From: a virus | Direction: 5' to 3' (one strand) | IMG/VR virus record: IMGVR_UViG_3300042691_026427 | Location: 1 to 64,000 of that record | Length of the DNA stretch: 64,000 nucleotides | In this document: one piece after another, positions 56,104 through 64,000 of the stretch | Layout of the letters: the number at the start of each line of letters is the position of its first letter | Position numbering within the stretch: the first letter of the stretch is position 1 | Notes under the pieces: model-generated | Told to the model about the DNA's origin: nothing | Seen by the model: the letters and a program-made list of their open reading frames with translations, nothing else | The model's database searches: none | Program-made: the position numbers and the translations under genes

Positions 56104-56348
56104 CAGGGCATCTTAGTTAAAATAATAACCAAAGTGCTTAACACTGTTGCTACAACAGTACCGGCTGTGCCGATCAATACCTTGGTCATACTCATTTGAC
56201 CCTTCTCAACAACAGAAGCTAATGTTGAAACTTTTTCTTCTATAGTTTCTAATCTTGTTTCTAACTGTCGATATCGTTCTGCACATAGTTCTACGTGCGC
56301 CTCAAGATTTTCTTTTTCAATCTGAGTTGTTTTAGTTTGGCCAGCCAT
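56103..56348 (-). CDS. coiled-coil protein with a C-terminal TM
   Basis: LEAHVELCAERY; hydrophobic tail. Confidence 0.7.
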   Translation of the reverse strand: MAGQTKTTQIEKENLEAHVELCAERYRQLETRLETIEEKVSTLASVVEKGQMSMTKVLIGTAGTVVATVLSTLVIILTKMP

Positions 56349-56782
56349 TATTGTTCCTCCGAGTCTACGATGTTTATTTCAACAATGGTATTTCTGTACG
56401 CATCGTCATTGAGATCGAAAACCGCCTTAGTCATATTTATTGTTTCGTCTAATTTTTCAAGCACTGGCACTTGATGAAGATCATTGATTAATAAGTCCAA
56501 CGGACCCTGATCTGTATGAAATGGCGCACTACGATCAGTTGAAAATTCAAAGGTCCATACTTTGTGTTTTCCCTTGTGCTTCTTTCCAAATTTTAAATCT
56601 TTTAGATCTAATACTTCTACTGAAGGATTACTGCGATATTCTATAATAGATCGTAAACCTATACACTGTAGCAATGTTATCCAATTTCTATGTTGACCAA
56701 ACTCTCTGTCGGCGCCAGGTCTTGGTCTGCTGACTCCGGAATTTGTAATATCTACGAGCGTTTTGATTATGATAGTTTCCAT
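56348..56782 (-). CDS. hypothetical protein
   Basis: TLVDIT..NW.TLLQCIGLR. Confidence 0.7.
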   Translation of the reverse strand: METIIIKTLVDITNSGVSRPRPGADREFGQHRNWITLLQCIGLRSIIEYRSNPSVEVLDLKDLKFGKKHKGKHKVWTFEFSTDRSAPFHTDQGPLDLLINDLHQVPVLEKLDETINMTKAVFDLNDDAYRNTIVEINIVDSEEQ

Positions 56783-56816
56783 ATATACCTACTTTATGAT
56801 ATTTATGGTCAAAAGA

Positions 56817-56840
56817 AAAGGGTGTTAAAAAACACCCTTT
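56817..56840 (-). terminator. intrinsic terminator
   Basis: AAAGGGTGTT/AACACCCTTT stem + T run. Confidence 0.75.
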
Positions 56841-56860
56841 GTCATTACTTAATTTAAAAA

Positions 56861-57271
56861 TTAAGCAAGGTATGGGAAACCAGTTGTATTAGTAACCAAT
56901 GCAGCGTTTAGGTTAACGCTACCAACACCAACGCTAGTTAATGTTCTGATTTCGGTTTCTAAGAACTCAGCAAGAGTTTCGTTGTTTGTTCCGTCATATG
57001 TGTCTTGACCGTACTGGCCTTCAACCATGATGTCGAACATTTGACCAGCGTTAGAACCATCAGTGCGTAGAGCACTCATAGCAATAACAGTTACATTGCG
57101 ACGTAGAACGTCTAGAACTGCTTGAACGGCGCCTGTTGGGCCCATTTCTGTTGAAGCAAAGTTTGTACCGTTTACGGCCAAATCAATAGTAAAACCCATA
57201 ATGGTTCTACCGTTGAAGTTTCTAGAAACGTTTGCTAGTGTTGGGTTTTGTTTTGTAATTCCACCTGACAT
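56861..57271 (-). CDS. probable highly expressed virion protein
   Basis: AGGAG SD, own terminator, TAAATA box upstream. Confidence 0.6.
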   Translation of the reverse strand: MSGGITKQNPTLANVSRNFNGRTIMGFTIDLAVNGTNFASTEMGPTGAVQAVLDVLRRNVTVIAMSALRTDGSNAGQMFDIMVEGQYGQDTYDGTNNETLAEFLETEIRTLTSVGVGSVNLNAALVTNTTGFPYLA

Positions 57272-57360
57272 AATATTCTCCTATTTTGTGTCATACCCCT
57301 TCGGGGCTATTGTGCAATTATTTAGCCAGAATGAAAAAAAATGCCTCAAATGGGCAAAAA

Positions 57361-57678
57361 TTAATCGTCTTTGACGTCACCTTCGATGATTGTAAGACCT
57401 TTGAGAACTTCCTTGTTATCTCGTAATTTACGTATGCTGCGAGTGAATTTAGCAGGATCGCTGCCTTTAATACTGTTGATGAACCTGCGCTCTAGCTCAT
57501 ATGCAGTTTCTGGATCAAAATTTTCTTTGATTAACTCTAATAGATTGATTGCACTGTTGATAACATGAGTTGCACGGCTTTCGATGACCAACTCGCTATC
57601 ACGTTTAACAGCTACTTCGTTTAATTCTTCTAACAGACTTTTGGTTTTACGTTGCACAGTGTTATAATCCTTCTGCAT
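57361..57678 (-). CDS. hypothetical protein
   Basis: TKSLLEEL..IESRA. Confidence 0.7.
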   Translation of the reverse strand: MQKDYNTVQRKTKSLLEELNEVAVKRDSELVIESRATHVINSAINLLELIKENFDPETAYELERRFINSIKGSDPAKFTRSIRKLRDNKEVLKGLTIIEGDVKDD

Positions 57679-57817
57679 ATTTATTTTATTTGCTTACAGT
57701 ATAACACCTATTTTGGTAAACTGCTATCTTGTAAATTGTGGCAGTGCAACATATACTAGTATAAATACTATCAGTAGAAACCATGAGTCTCTACACTTTA
57801 ACACACAGGAAAACACA

Positions 57818-57994
57818 ATGAAATACATATCAGAAAAAATGCTAGCAATCTTGGAACGATTAGCCGAAATGTTCCCAGGATCTAGCTATCAAAGTAGCCT
57901 AGATTCTTATCTAGCAACCAAGGGCATTACCGATGCCGCACAGTTAGAACACTATGTTCGACAATTTAATTCTCAAAAGGAATCTTATCTATGA
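57818..57994 (+). CDS. DUF3563-like small protein
   Basis: AGGA SD; LDSYLA...DAAQLE..RQF. Confidence 0.5.
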   Translation: MKYISEKMLAILERLAEMFPGSSYQSSLDSYLATKGITDAAQLEHYVRQFNSQKESYL

Positions 57995-58113
57995 AAAAAT
58001 TACTAAACATTCTATACGAAATTGGCCTAAGCATTGGTCAAGCTCGTGCTGCCGCTGCTATGGCTCGTGCAGGCATGTACACCGAAGCACAGGCATTAAT
58101 GGCTGGCAAGTAA
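57991..58113 (+). CDS. 40-aa hypothetical protein
   Basis: ATGA overlap; MKKLLNILYEIGLSIGQARAAAAMARAG. Confidence 0.55.
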   Translation: MKKLLNILYEIGLSIGQARAAAAMARAGMYTEAQALMAGK

Positions 58114-58222
58114 TATTGTATTTTGTCAGACCGCTTTACAGATAACACTGTTGCCTGTATAATAAATACTTAGACAGTAAATTAGTTACTGTTTATTCAG
58201 ACACATACACAAGGAGAAAAAT

Positions 58223-58513
58223 ATGTCTATTCCAGAAGTAAAATTACCAGAAGTAAAATTCAACAAGAACGGTTATGAAATCCGCACAGATATCTTAGCA
58301 ATGGCCAAGGATCTAGTACAATCGGAACACAGTGTAAAGTTTCATGGTTGGGAAATGTCCGCCAAGCGTGACGAAAAGACAGGCCAGATCGTTACGTCAG
58401 TAGGTATGCCAGAGTTTCCAGGACTTGATAAAGTTTTAGAAACCGCTGAAAAAATGTACGGTTTCGTCAACCAAAGTGTTAACACTGTAAATAAAGTTAC
58501 CACTAAAAAATAA
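58223..58513 (+). CDS. hypothetical protein
   Basis: AAGGAG SD; NGYEIRTDILAMAKD. Confidence 0.75.
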   Translation: MSIPEVKLPEVKFNKNGYEIRTDILAMAKDLVQSEHSVKFHGWEMSAKRDEKTGQIVTSVGMPEFPGLDKVLETAEKMYGFVNQSVNTVNKVTTKK

Positions 58514-58559
58514 TATAATATAATTATAATAATATAGGTGCATAGCACGTTAAAATAAT

Positions 58560-58582
58560 AAAAGGGCGTTAAACGCCCTTTT
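58560..58582. terminator. bidirectional terminator
   Basis: AAAAGGGCGT-TAA-ACGCCCTTTT between convergent genes. Confidence 0.8.
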
Positions 58583-59003
58583 ATTTTGATCTTACAATAT
58601 ATATTTTGTCTATGGAAAAAAACTGTGGATGATCTTTTGCAAAATTTCTCATTATGATGCCTGCTTGTCCGTTGGCTTCATTTTCTTCATTGCTGCCCGT
58701 GTCTCCGCTATGCGGATCTAATCTGTTTTCAATATCTTGTTTGTAATGAACAAGCTCGTGTGCAAATGTTCTTAAAATGTCAATCGGGTGTCTATTTAAT
58801 ACTGCCAGTATAATTGAAGAATCTTCAGTGGAGTATCTTCCAAATGTCGGTTGATCGTCTTCTGGGACTTTGTCTACTAGAGAAATTTTAGGTAAGCTAG
58901 GTAAATCTAGTTCTGATTTTATAAAGGGAAGAAACTTTTCAAGAGCATCTAGCAAATCAACTTTGCCGCCCACGGATTCTCTTAAAAGTTCAGTTACCTT
59001 CAT
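58581..59003 (-). CDS. HEXXH metallopeptidase-like protein with CTS-like N-terminus
   Basis: RTFAHELVH..ENEAN; MKVTELLRE. Confidence 0.75.
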   Translation of the reverse strand: MKVTELLRESVGGKVDLLDALEKFLPFIKSELDLPSLPKISLVDKVPEDDQPTFGRYSTEDSSIILAVLNRHPIDILRTFAHELVHYKQDIENRLDPHSGDTGSNEENEANGQAGIIMRNFAKDHPQFFSIDKIYIVRSK

Positions 59004-59016
59004 ATAGTGTATTTAG

Positions 59017-59110
59017 TGCTCACTTTTAATTTCGGAGTAGCGAATTCCTAGATCAGCCCAGCAGCCGGGCCACACATACCGTTACGAGTAACGGGTCCTA
59101 AGGTGTGTTC
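59017..59110 (-). ncRNA. GC-rich structured intergenic RNA candidate
   Basis: CACAC/GUGUG, CCGUUAC/GUAACGG and GCCCGG/CUGGGC helices. Confidence 0.5.
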
Positions 59111-59111
59111 T

Positions 59112-59441
59112 TTATGCCCACGGTGAATCGATTACGATCACTGGGGGATTTAATTTTAGATCAATCTGTCTGGTAACTTCTGTTTCAGCCATTACACGAT
59201 CGACTCCATTTGTCCAAAGCCAACTAATAACTTGAGATTCTGTAAGATCTTCTAACTGACTAAATTCAGCGCCTTCGGGCCAAATATTGGCAAATCCTTC
59301 AGTAGTACCAGTATGTGTTACTTGTCCTACTGTTGTAGTACCATTTACACTATACCATACTTTGCTGATAAATTTTTCAATTCCGTAGTGGCCAGGCAAA
59401 CATTCAATTTTATCTACTTTCCAAGAGATGTCAATACTCAT
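59112..59441 (-). CDS. small tail-fibre-associated-like protein
   Basis: EDLTESQVISW..PW C-terminus; AAGGAG SD. Confidence 0.6.
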   Translation of the reverse strand: MSIDISWKVDKIECLPGHYGIEKFISKVWYSVNGTTTVGQVTHTGTTEGFANIWPEGAEFSQLEDLTESQVISWLWTNGVDRVMAETEVTRQIDLKLNPPVIVIDSPWA

Positions 59442-59473
59442 ACTAACTCCTTTAATGTAATATTTATCTTATA

Positions 59474-60142
59474 TTACGGAAGTAATTTTCTATAGATATC
59501 GTAAATGGCTTCGGCTGTAGGTCCTAAATAGTCATCGTTTGCAATTCCGTAGTCAATTTCAGTAATCCAAAACATTCTCAATTCAAGTTCGGCTTGTTTC
59601 TCAATTAAGAACTCTAATGGATGAAATGTCATATGATCTACTGTAGGAACTTTAGGATATGCAATCAATCGACCATTTTCATTATTAAAAATCCAACGAT
59701 GATGCATTGTTCCTCTAAAATTGCCTTCTCTACGTTGTAGTTCATTGTACTTGCTAGGAACAGCAATAAATCCCTGTTCTGCAATTCTAGGTAACATATC
59801 TAGTACCAGCATAGGATTGGCTAAATCTTCAAGAGTATGAGTACAATTAACAAAAGTAAATTTCCCGTGTTGCTCGACATAATCTAGCAAAGGTTTCCAA
59901 TCTTCATACTTGTTCATATTGCCTACAAATCCGTGAACTCCTTCAAAGCTAGTAGGCAGTATGTCAAACGTGTGAGTTAGAAATTCCTTATTAAAAGGAT
60001 TGTGGCTCGCACCAACATCGATAAGACTAAATTTCTCACCTCTATTGGCTTTTAGTCCTGTCACGGCATCTATTACCTCGGGTCTTAGATGCCATGGCCA
60101 TTCTTGTGTTTCTCTTGCGTTTAAGTATATTTGTTGTGCCAT
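59474..60142 (-). CDS. methyltransferase-like protein
   Basis: IDVGA, CTHTLED, HHRW. Confidence 0.65.
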   Translation of the reverse strand: MAQQIYLNARETQEWPWHLRPEVIDAVTGLKANRGEKFSLIDVGASHNPFNKEFLTHTFDILPTSFEGVHGFVGNMNKYEDWKPLLDYVEQHGKFTFVNCTHTLEDLANPMLVLDMLPRIAEQGFIAVPSKYNELQRREGNFRGTMHHRWIFNNENGRLIAYPKVPTVDHMTFHPLEFLIEKQAELELRMFWITEIDYGIANDDYLGPTAEAIYDIYRKLLP

Positions 60143-63100
60143 TATTCTACTCTAAATGTCCATGAACCGTGATGTCCGCACAAAATTGTAGTGTCCGCCC
60201 AGATTTGTTTTCCTTGAGCCTTAGCTTTTAGACAAAAGTATACATCTTCACTGATTGTATATTGATGATCTAATGCACTTTTATAAAGGAAGTGAGGATA
60301 TTCAATACTGGTAAACACATCTTTCTTGATTAGAACACAGCCGAATCCACAACTGTCGACTTCAACTAGACCCCTGCCTTTTAGTTGTTCCCAAGGAACA
60401 TGAGTTACGCCACCATGTTCGTTTCTTTTCATAACTTCTATGCAATGCTTGCCCGGAATTCGCTGTATATAAAGACCTGTCACCATGTCTTTGTTATGTG
60501 TTAACATTTTTTTCAATGTGTCAGCTGGAAAACTGATGTCAGAATCTACTGCAAATAGATAATCATAAGGTCCCTTGACAATCCAGTCTGCAATTAAATT
60601 TCTAACTTGTTCAACTTGATATCCATAAAAATATTGAAACTCTGCTTCGTATCCATCTGGTATTTCTAAGTCGTAGATACTTTTAAAAGTTTCTGCTTCA
60701 ATTAGATTTTTGTTAGGAATAGCAATGAGAATTCTTTTCTTGGGCACCTGTGGTGGTACAGGTTGCATGGTGTTTAGTTGTAGCTTGGTAGCAGCTTCAA
60801 CTCTTCTTTGCGGAATCTGTTCTATTGTTTTCATATTTTTGTTTAAAATCTTTCCTGCTGTCTTATTTTGTTCTTGACCGTTGATTTTATAATCATTCAA
60901 AGGATTAATGTCATTGTAATTATACACAATATCTGAGTTAACAAATATTCTTGCAGGATCACACTGTTCTAATGGATTATAGAATGTAGAATTGTCGCCG
61001 CCAGCTTTGAACCATTGACCATTTTCATCTTTGAATTCGCTTTCGGGAATGTCTTTAATTAACTTAGCTTTGTAAGTTCTCAAATGTGTATAAGGCATAT
61101 TCCAGTTGAATCGATAGTTTCTATAATTTTTAGAATCTTTGATTTCTGGAGGATAGGGCTGACTGATTAACGGAATATTATCAACCATACTCCAGCTAGA
61201 CCCATAGACAAAGTCAGCATCTTGATGCAGTTCATTGTAATAGGTGAAAATGTCATTTCTGTTGGCAAGACTGTCGTCGCCGTCTAGCAACATTATAATA
61301 TCATCATCGTCGAGCTCTAAGTTTTTAATCATAGTAACTTGATTAGCTACCGCACTGCCGTTTCTTGTTTGATTTTTAATTAAAACAAATTTTTGTCTCA
61401 ATGTATCTGGCAAACAATCAATTGCTTCTTTTGCTAAATCAAGCCCATTGTCTTCTGAACAATCGTCTATTAGATAATGGACATAGTTATCATAATCCTG
61501 TGCTGCAACACTTTCAACACACTTTGCAATATAAGGTGCAGCATTCCAGAACGGACTGATAACAACTATTCTTTTCTCGTCTGAAATTTTAGGGCAAGTC
61601 CACAATTCAGGTCCAGATGTTTTCCTGCCAAATATTTTATTGTATTTGGCTGCAAAATAATTGCTTCGCTGAAATTCGCCTCGTTGAATATGCAAACCTA
61701 ATTTGGAATATAAATGATGTTTCCACTGTAATGCAGTGACATCCCAACCTACTAGGTCCTTAATTTCATCGAGTGCTTCTTGACGTCTACGCAATTCTTT
61801 TGGATTCCTATGCACATCTAACACTAACTTGACAAAGTCATCTGCTTGTTTTTCTGGATTGATATGTGGAAATAGTCCGTTGGGCACTATTGCATAGTCA
61901 ATCATCCAGCTGTGCTCAGTTGCAGTTTCTTCCAATGCACCAAATCTGCAGGTAATCAACGGTGTGTTAGCATACAGACTTTCTAAGGTACTAATGCCGT
62001 AAGTTTCCGGTAATTCTGCTGGGAATATAAAATAACTAGCTTCTGCAGAAATTTCTGCAACTTTTTGTTGACTGATTACTCCGGTAAATTCAATGCTAGA
62101 GTCATTGATAGAATTACCAACTAAATCTCTAAAATGCTTTTCTTGATCATCACCTGCAAATGCATTGCCTAGCTTGTAAAATCCGCCTATTACTTTTAGT
62201 CTTGCTTTGGGAATAGACTGTTTGACTCTAGGCCAAATGACATGCAACAGACTACGCAGTCCTTTGCTCATATTTGCATTGAAGAAAAACAAGTTGGGAT
62301 CTTTTTTATCTAGATCAACTTTATCAAAGTATTTTGTAATTCCGTTACGTGTGATCCACATGTGTTTTCGTAACACTTCGTAATTGCGAGGCTTACCGTG
62401 ATTGCAATTTGTCACATAAGTTGTGTGGAAATCACTTAAACACCAGATTTCATCTACAGCACCGCTGATAACTAGATCCTCGATAGTGTCGTCACCCCAG
62501 CTGAATGTGTCATGCATCCAGAATACTTTAAACTTGGCATTTTCTCTTAACCGTTTGAACATGTCATAAGGATACTGTCGTGCAGTATTGATCCTTAATT
62601 CATAGAAAGGTTCTGTAACAAATGGCATGACAGTTCTTGAACTGATTACCACATCATAGTTGCAAGGATCATCGGCAATGTCGGTAATGGGTCTATATGT
62701 AACTCCGCTATATGTGCCAGGTGCGCTGTCATCTTCATTACAACCGTTAAACACTGTTACATCAAATCCGATCTTCACTAGATTTTTTGCAACTAAAATA
62801 ACAGCACTTTCACTACCACCAAGACCTCTTCGATCCAACGTACCACCGTCGTAACTCATTCCAGGAATGTCTACAATAGCCAGTCGTACTCGAGCGCCTT
62901 CTTGATGTACAGGTACTGTTACTTGCGGGATAATAATTTCTTCCGGGTTCATAAACTTTCTGCCAAAAGTTTTGTGAACACGATAGTTGATCCAATCGGC
63001 ACGAGCCTTGTCTTCCTTGGATAATTCTAAACCTAGCTTATAAAAGAAATGTTGTTTCCATTGAACAGCTACAGTATCCCATGTGCTGACATCTTTTACA

Positions 63101-64000
63101 GCATTACAGGCATATTGTTTTTGCTGATGCAGATAAGGATTGTTTACAGCAGCAACGACCATCTGTGTAAATTTCTCAAACTGCTGACCCGGATCGATGT
63201 TTGGAAACAACCCATTGGGAACTACAGCATAGTCAATCATATAACTGGCTGCTTCTGTTGCAGTTTCTTCCATTGCACCGAATCTAGTGCCCAACACAGG
63301 AGTGTTATAGTTAATAGATTCTAATGTTGCAATTCCACTAGTTTCTGGAAATGCGCCAGGGTAAATCATATAAGATGATTTGGCCACAATTTCTGCAATC
63401 TGCGGTTGGGGAATAATACCAGTAAATTCTACACTGGCATCATTCTTATACATTTCCTGAAGTCTTAGTACAGTATGTCCTGCTTCATTTAAGGGCTCAT
63501 TGGGAAACTGATAGTAACCACCGATGATTTTTAATTTAGCCTGAGGTATTGCTTGTTTGACTCTGGGCCAAATATGTTCCAATAATGGAACCATACCTTT
63601 GGTAACGCTGGCGTTGTAAACAAACTGAAATGGATCTTTGGCTTTTACATCAACCCATTCGATCCAACGATTCATTGCGTTACGTGTTTGGAAGATTTTG
63701 TTTTTTAATACTTCAAAATTTCTACGGGGACCATGTTGATTGTTGGTAATATAATTGGTATGCCAATCACTTAGTGTAAACAATTCATTGATATAGCCTT
63801 TGACTACCAGTTCCTCTAGGATGTGATCACCCCAAAGGAACGTATCCTGCATCCAAAGAATTTTCAACTGTCCAGGACGTTGAACTTGTCGCCAAGTGTC
63901 AAAGTCATGATCTCGTGGCGGCGGCTGCTTGACTTGATCATAGAGATGCGATGGCGTAAAAGGAATAACAGTTCTTTGACTGATAACAATATCAAAGTCA
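60142..64000 (-). CDS. giant multi-domain glycosyltransferase (two GT-B/GT4-like + two GT2-like modules), 5' end outside the window
   Basis: duplicated WMHD..ETxGI..LES modules, GLGGSE, LDGDD, VDSD, GFGC; frame open to the window edge. Confidence 0.85.
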   Translation of the reverse strand, partial: DFDIVISQRTVIPFTPSHLYDQVKQPPPRDHDFDTWRQVQRPGQLKILWMQDTFLWGDHILEELVVKGYINELFTLSDWHTNYITNNQHGPRRNFEVLKNKIFQTRNAMNRWIEWVDVKAKDPFQFVYNASVTKGMVPLLEHIWPRVKQAIPQAKLKIIGGYYQFPNEPLNEAGHTVLRLQEMYKNDASVEFTGIIPQPQIAEIVAKSSYMIYPGAFPETSGIATLESINYNTPVLGTRFGAMEETATEAASYMIDYAVVPNGLFPNIDPGQQFEKFTQMVVAAVNNPYLHQQKQYACNAVKDVSTWDTVAVQWKQHFFYKLGLELSKEDKARADWINYRVHKTFGRKFMNPEEIIIPQVTVPVHQEGARVRLAIVDIPGMSYDGGTLDRRGLGGSESAVILVAKNLVKIGFDVTVFNGCNEDDSAPGTYSGVTYRPITDIADDPCNYDVVISSRTVMPFVTEPFYELRINTARQYPYDMFKRLRENAKFKVFWMHDTFSWGDDTIEDLVISGAVDEIWCLSDFHTTYVTNCNHGKPRNYEVLRKHMWITRNGITKYFDKVDLDKKDPNLFFFNANMSKGLRSLLHVIWPRVKQSIPKARLKVIGGFYKLGNAFAGDDQEKHFRDLVGNSINDSSIEFTGVISQQKVAEISAEASYFIFPAELPETYGISTLESLYANTPLITCRFGALEETATEHSWMIDYAIVPNGLFPHINPEKQADDFVKLVLDVHRNPKELRRRQEALDEIKDLVGWDVTALQWKHHLYSKLGLHIQRGEFQRSNYFAAKYNKIFGRKTSGPELWTCPKISDEKRIVVISPFWNAAPYIAKCVESVAAQDYDNYVHYLIDDCSEDNGLDLAKEAIDCLPDTLRQKFVLIKNQTRNGSAVANQVTMIKNLELDDDDIIMLLDGDDSLANRNDIFTYYNELHQDADFVYGSSWSMVDNIPLISQPYPPEIKDSKNYRNYRFNWNMPYTHLRTYKAKLIKDIPESEFKDENGQWFKAGGDNSTFYNPLEQCDPARIFVNSDIVYNYNDINPLNDYKINGQEQNKTAGKILNKNMKTIEQIPQRRVEAATKLQLNTMQPVPPQVPKKRILIAIPNKNLIEAETFKSIYDLEIPDGYEAEFQYFYGYQVEQVRNLIADWIVKGPYDYLFAVDSDISFPADTLKKMLTHNKDMVTGLYIQRIPGKHCIEVMKRNEHGGVTHVPWEQLKGRGLVEVDSCGFGCVLIKKDVFTSIEYPHFLYKSALDHQYTISEDVYFCLKAKAQGKQIWADTTILCGHHGSWTFRVE

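Noticed and set aside
16466-63324. Many plus-strand ORFs opposite long minus-strand genes (e.g. 16466, 20145, 28220, 34154, 42853, 53728)
   Set aside because: Antisense shadows produced by codon bias of the real genes.
1-64000. Stop-codon reassignment
   Set aside because: Conserved genes (dnaK, nrdA, nrdB, clpX) are intact in the standard code, and no suppressor-anticodon tRNA is seen.

Overview
This is a 64-kb segment of a large, AT-rich tailed phage (T4-like/jumbo type). It uses the standard genetic code. The host is probably a betaproteobacterium, judged from the DnaK signature and a DUF3563-like gene (inference). Positions 1-4300 hold a minus-strand array of 24 tRNA/tRNA-like genes interleaved with unannotated structured RNAs and a free-standing PD-(D/E)XK endonuclease, driven by three tandem sigma70 promoters. 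The rest carries an NDP-sugar/glycosylation cluster, a desaturase, a CHASE2 cyclase with a curli (CsgF/CsgG/curlin/FecR) module, heme oxygenase with a bilin reductase, ClpS/Hsp20/DnaK/ClpX/bS21, class Ia RNR with SOD, and virion genes. Two candidate undescribed systems stand out. (1) A 49-codon leader ORF using all 20 amino acids and 40 distinct codons overlaps a terminator/antiterminator switch directly upstream of the tRNA array, consistent with a pan-codon attenuator that turns phage tRNAs on when translation stalls. (2) A Ro60/TROVE-like DUF2828 gene is linked to seven RNAs sharing a covarying AGGNNNN-NUN-CAGCA...NNNNCCUG closing motif. One is a circularly permuted tRNA (YrlA-like) and two display perfect Lys(UUU) or Tyr(GUA) anticodon stem-loops, suggesting a Y-RNA-like or anticodon-decoy system. 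All family calls come from motif recognition by eye; no database searches were run.
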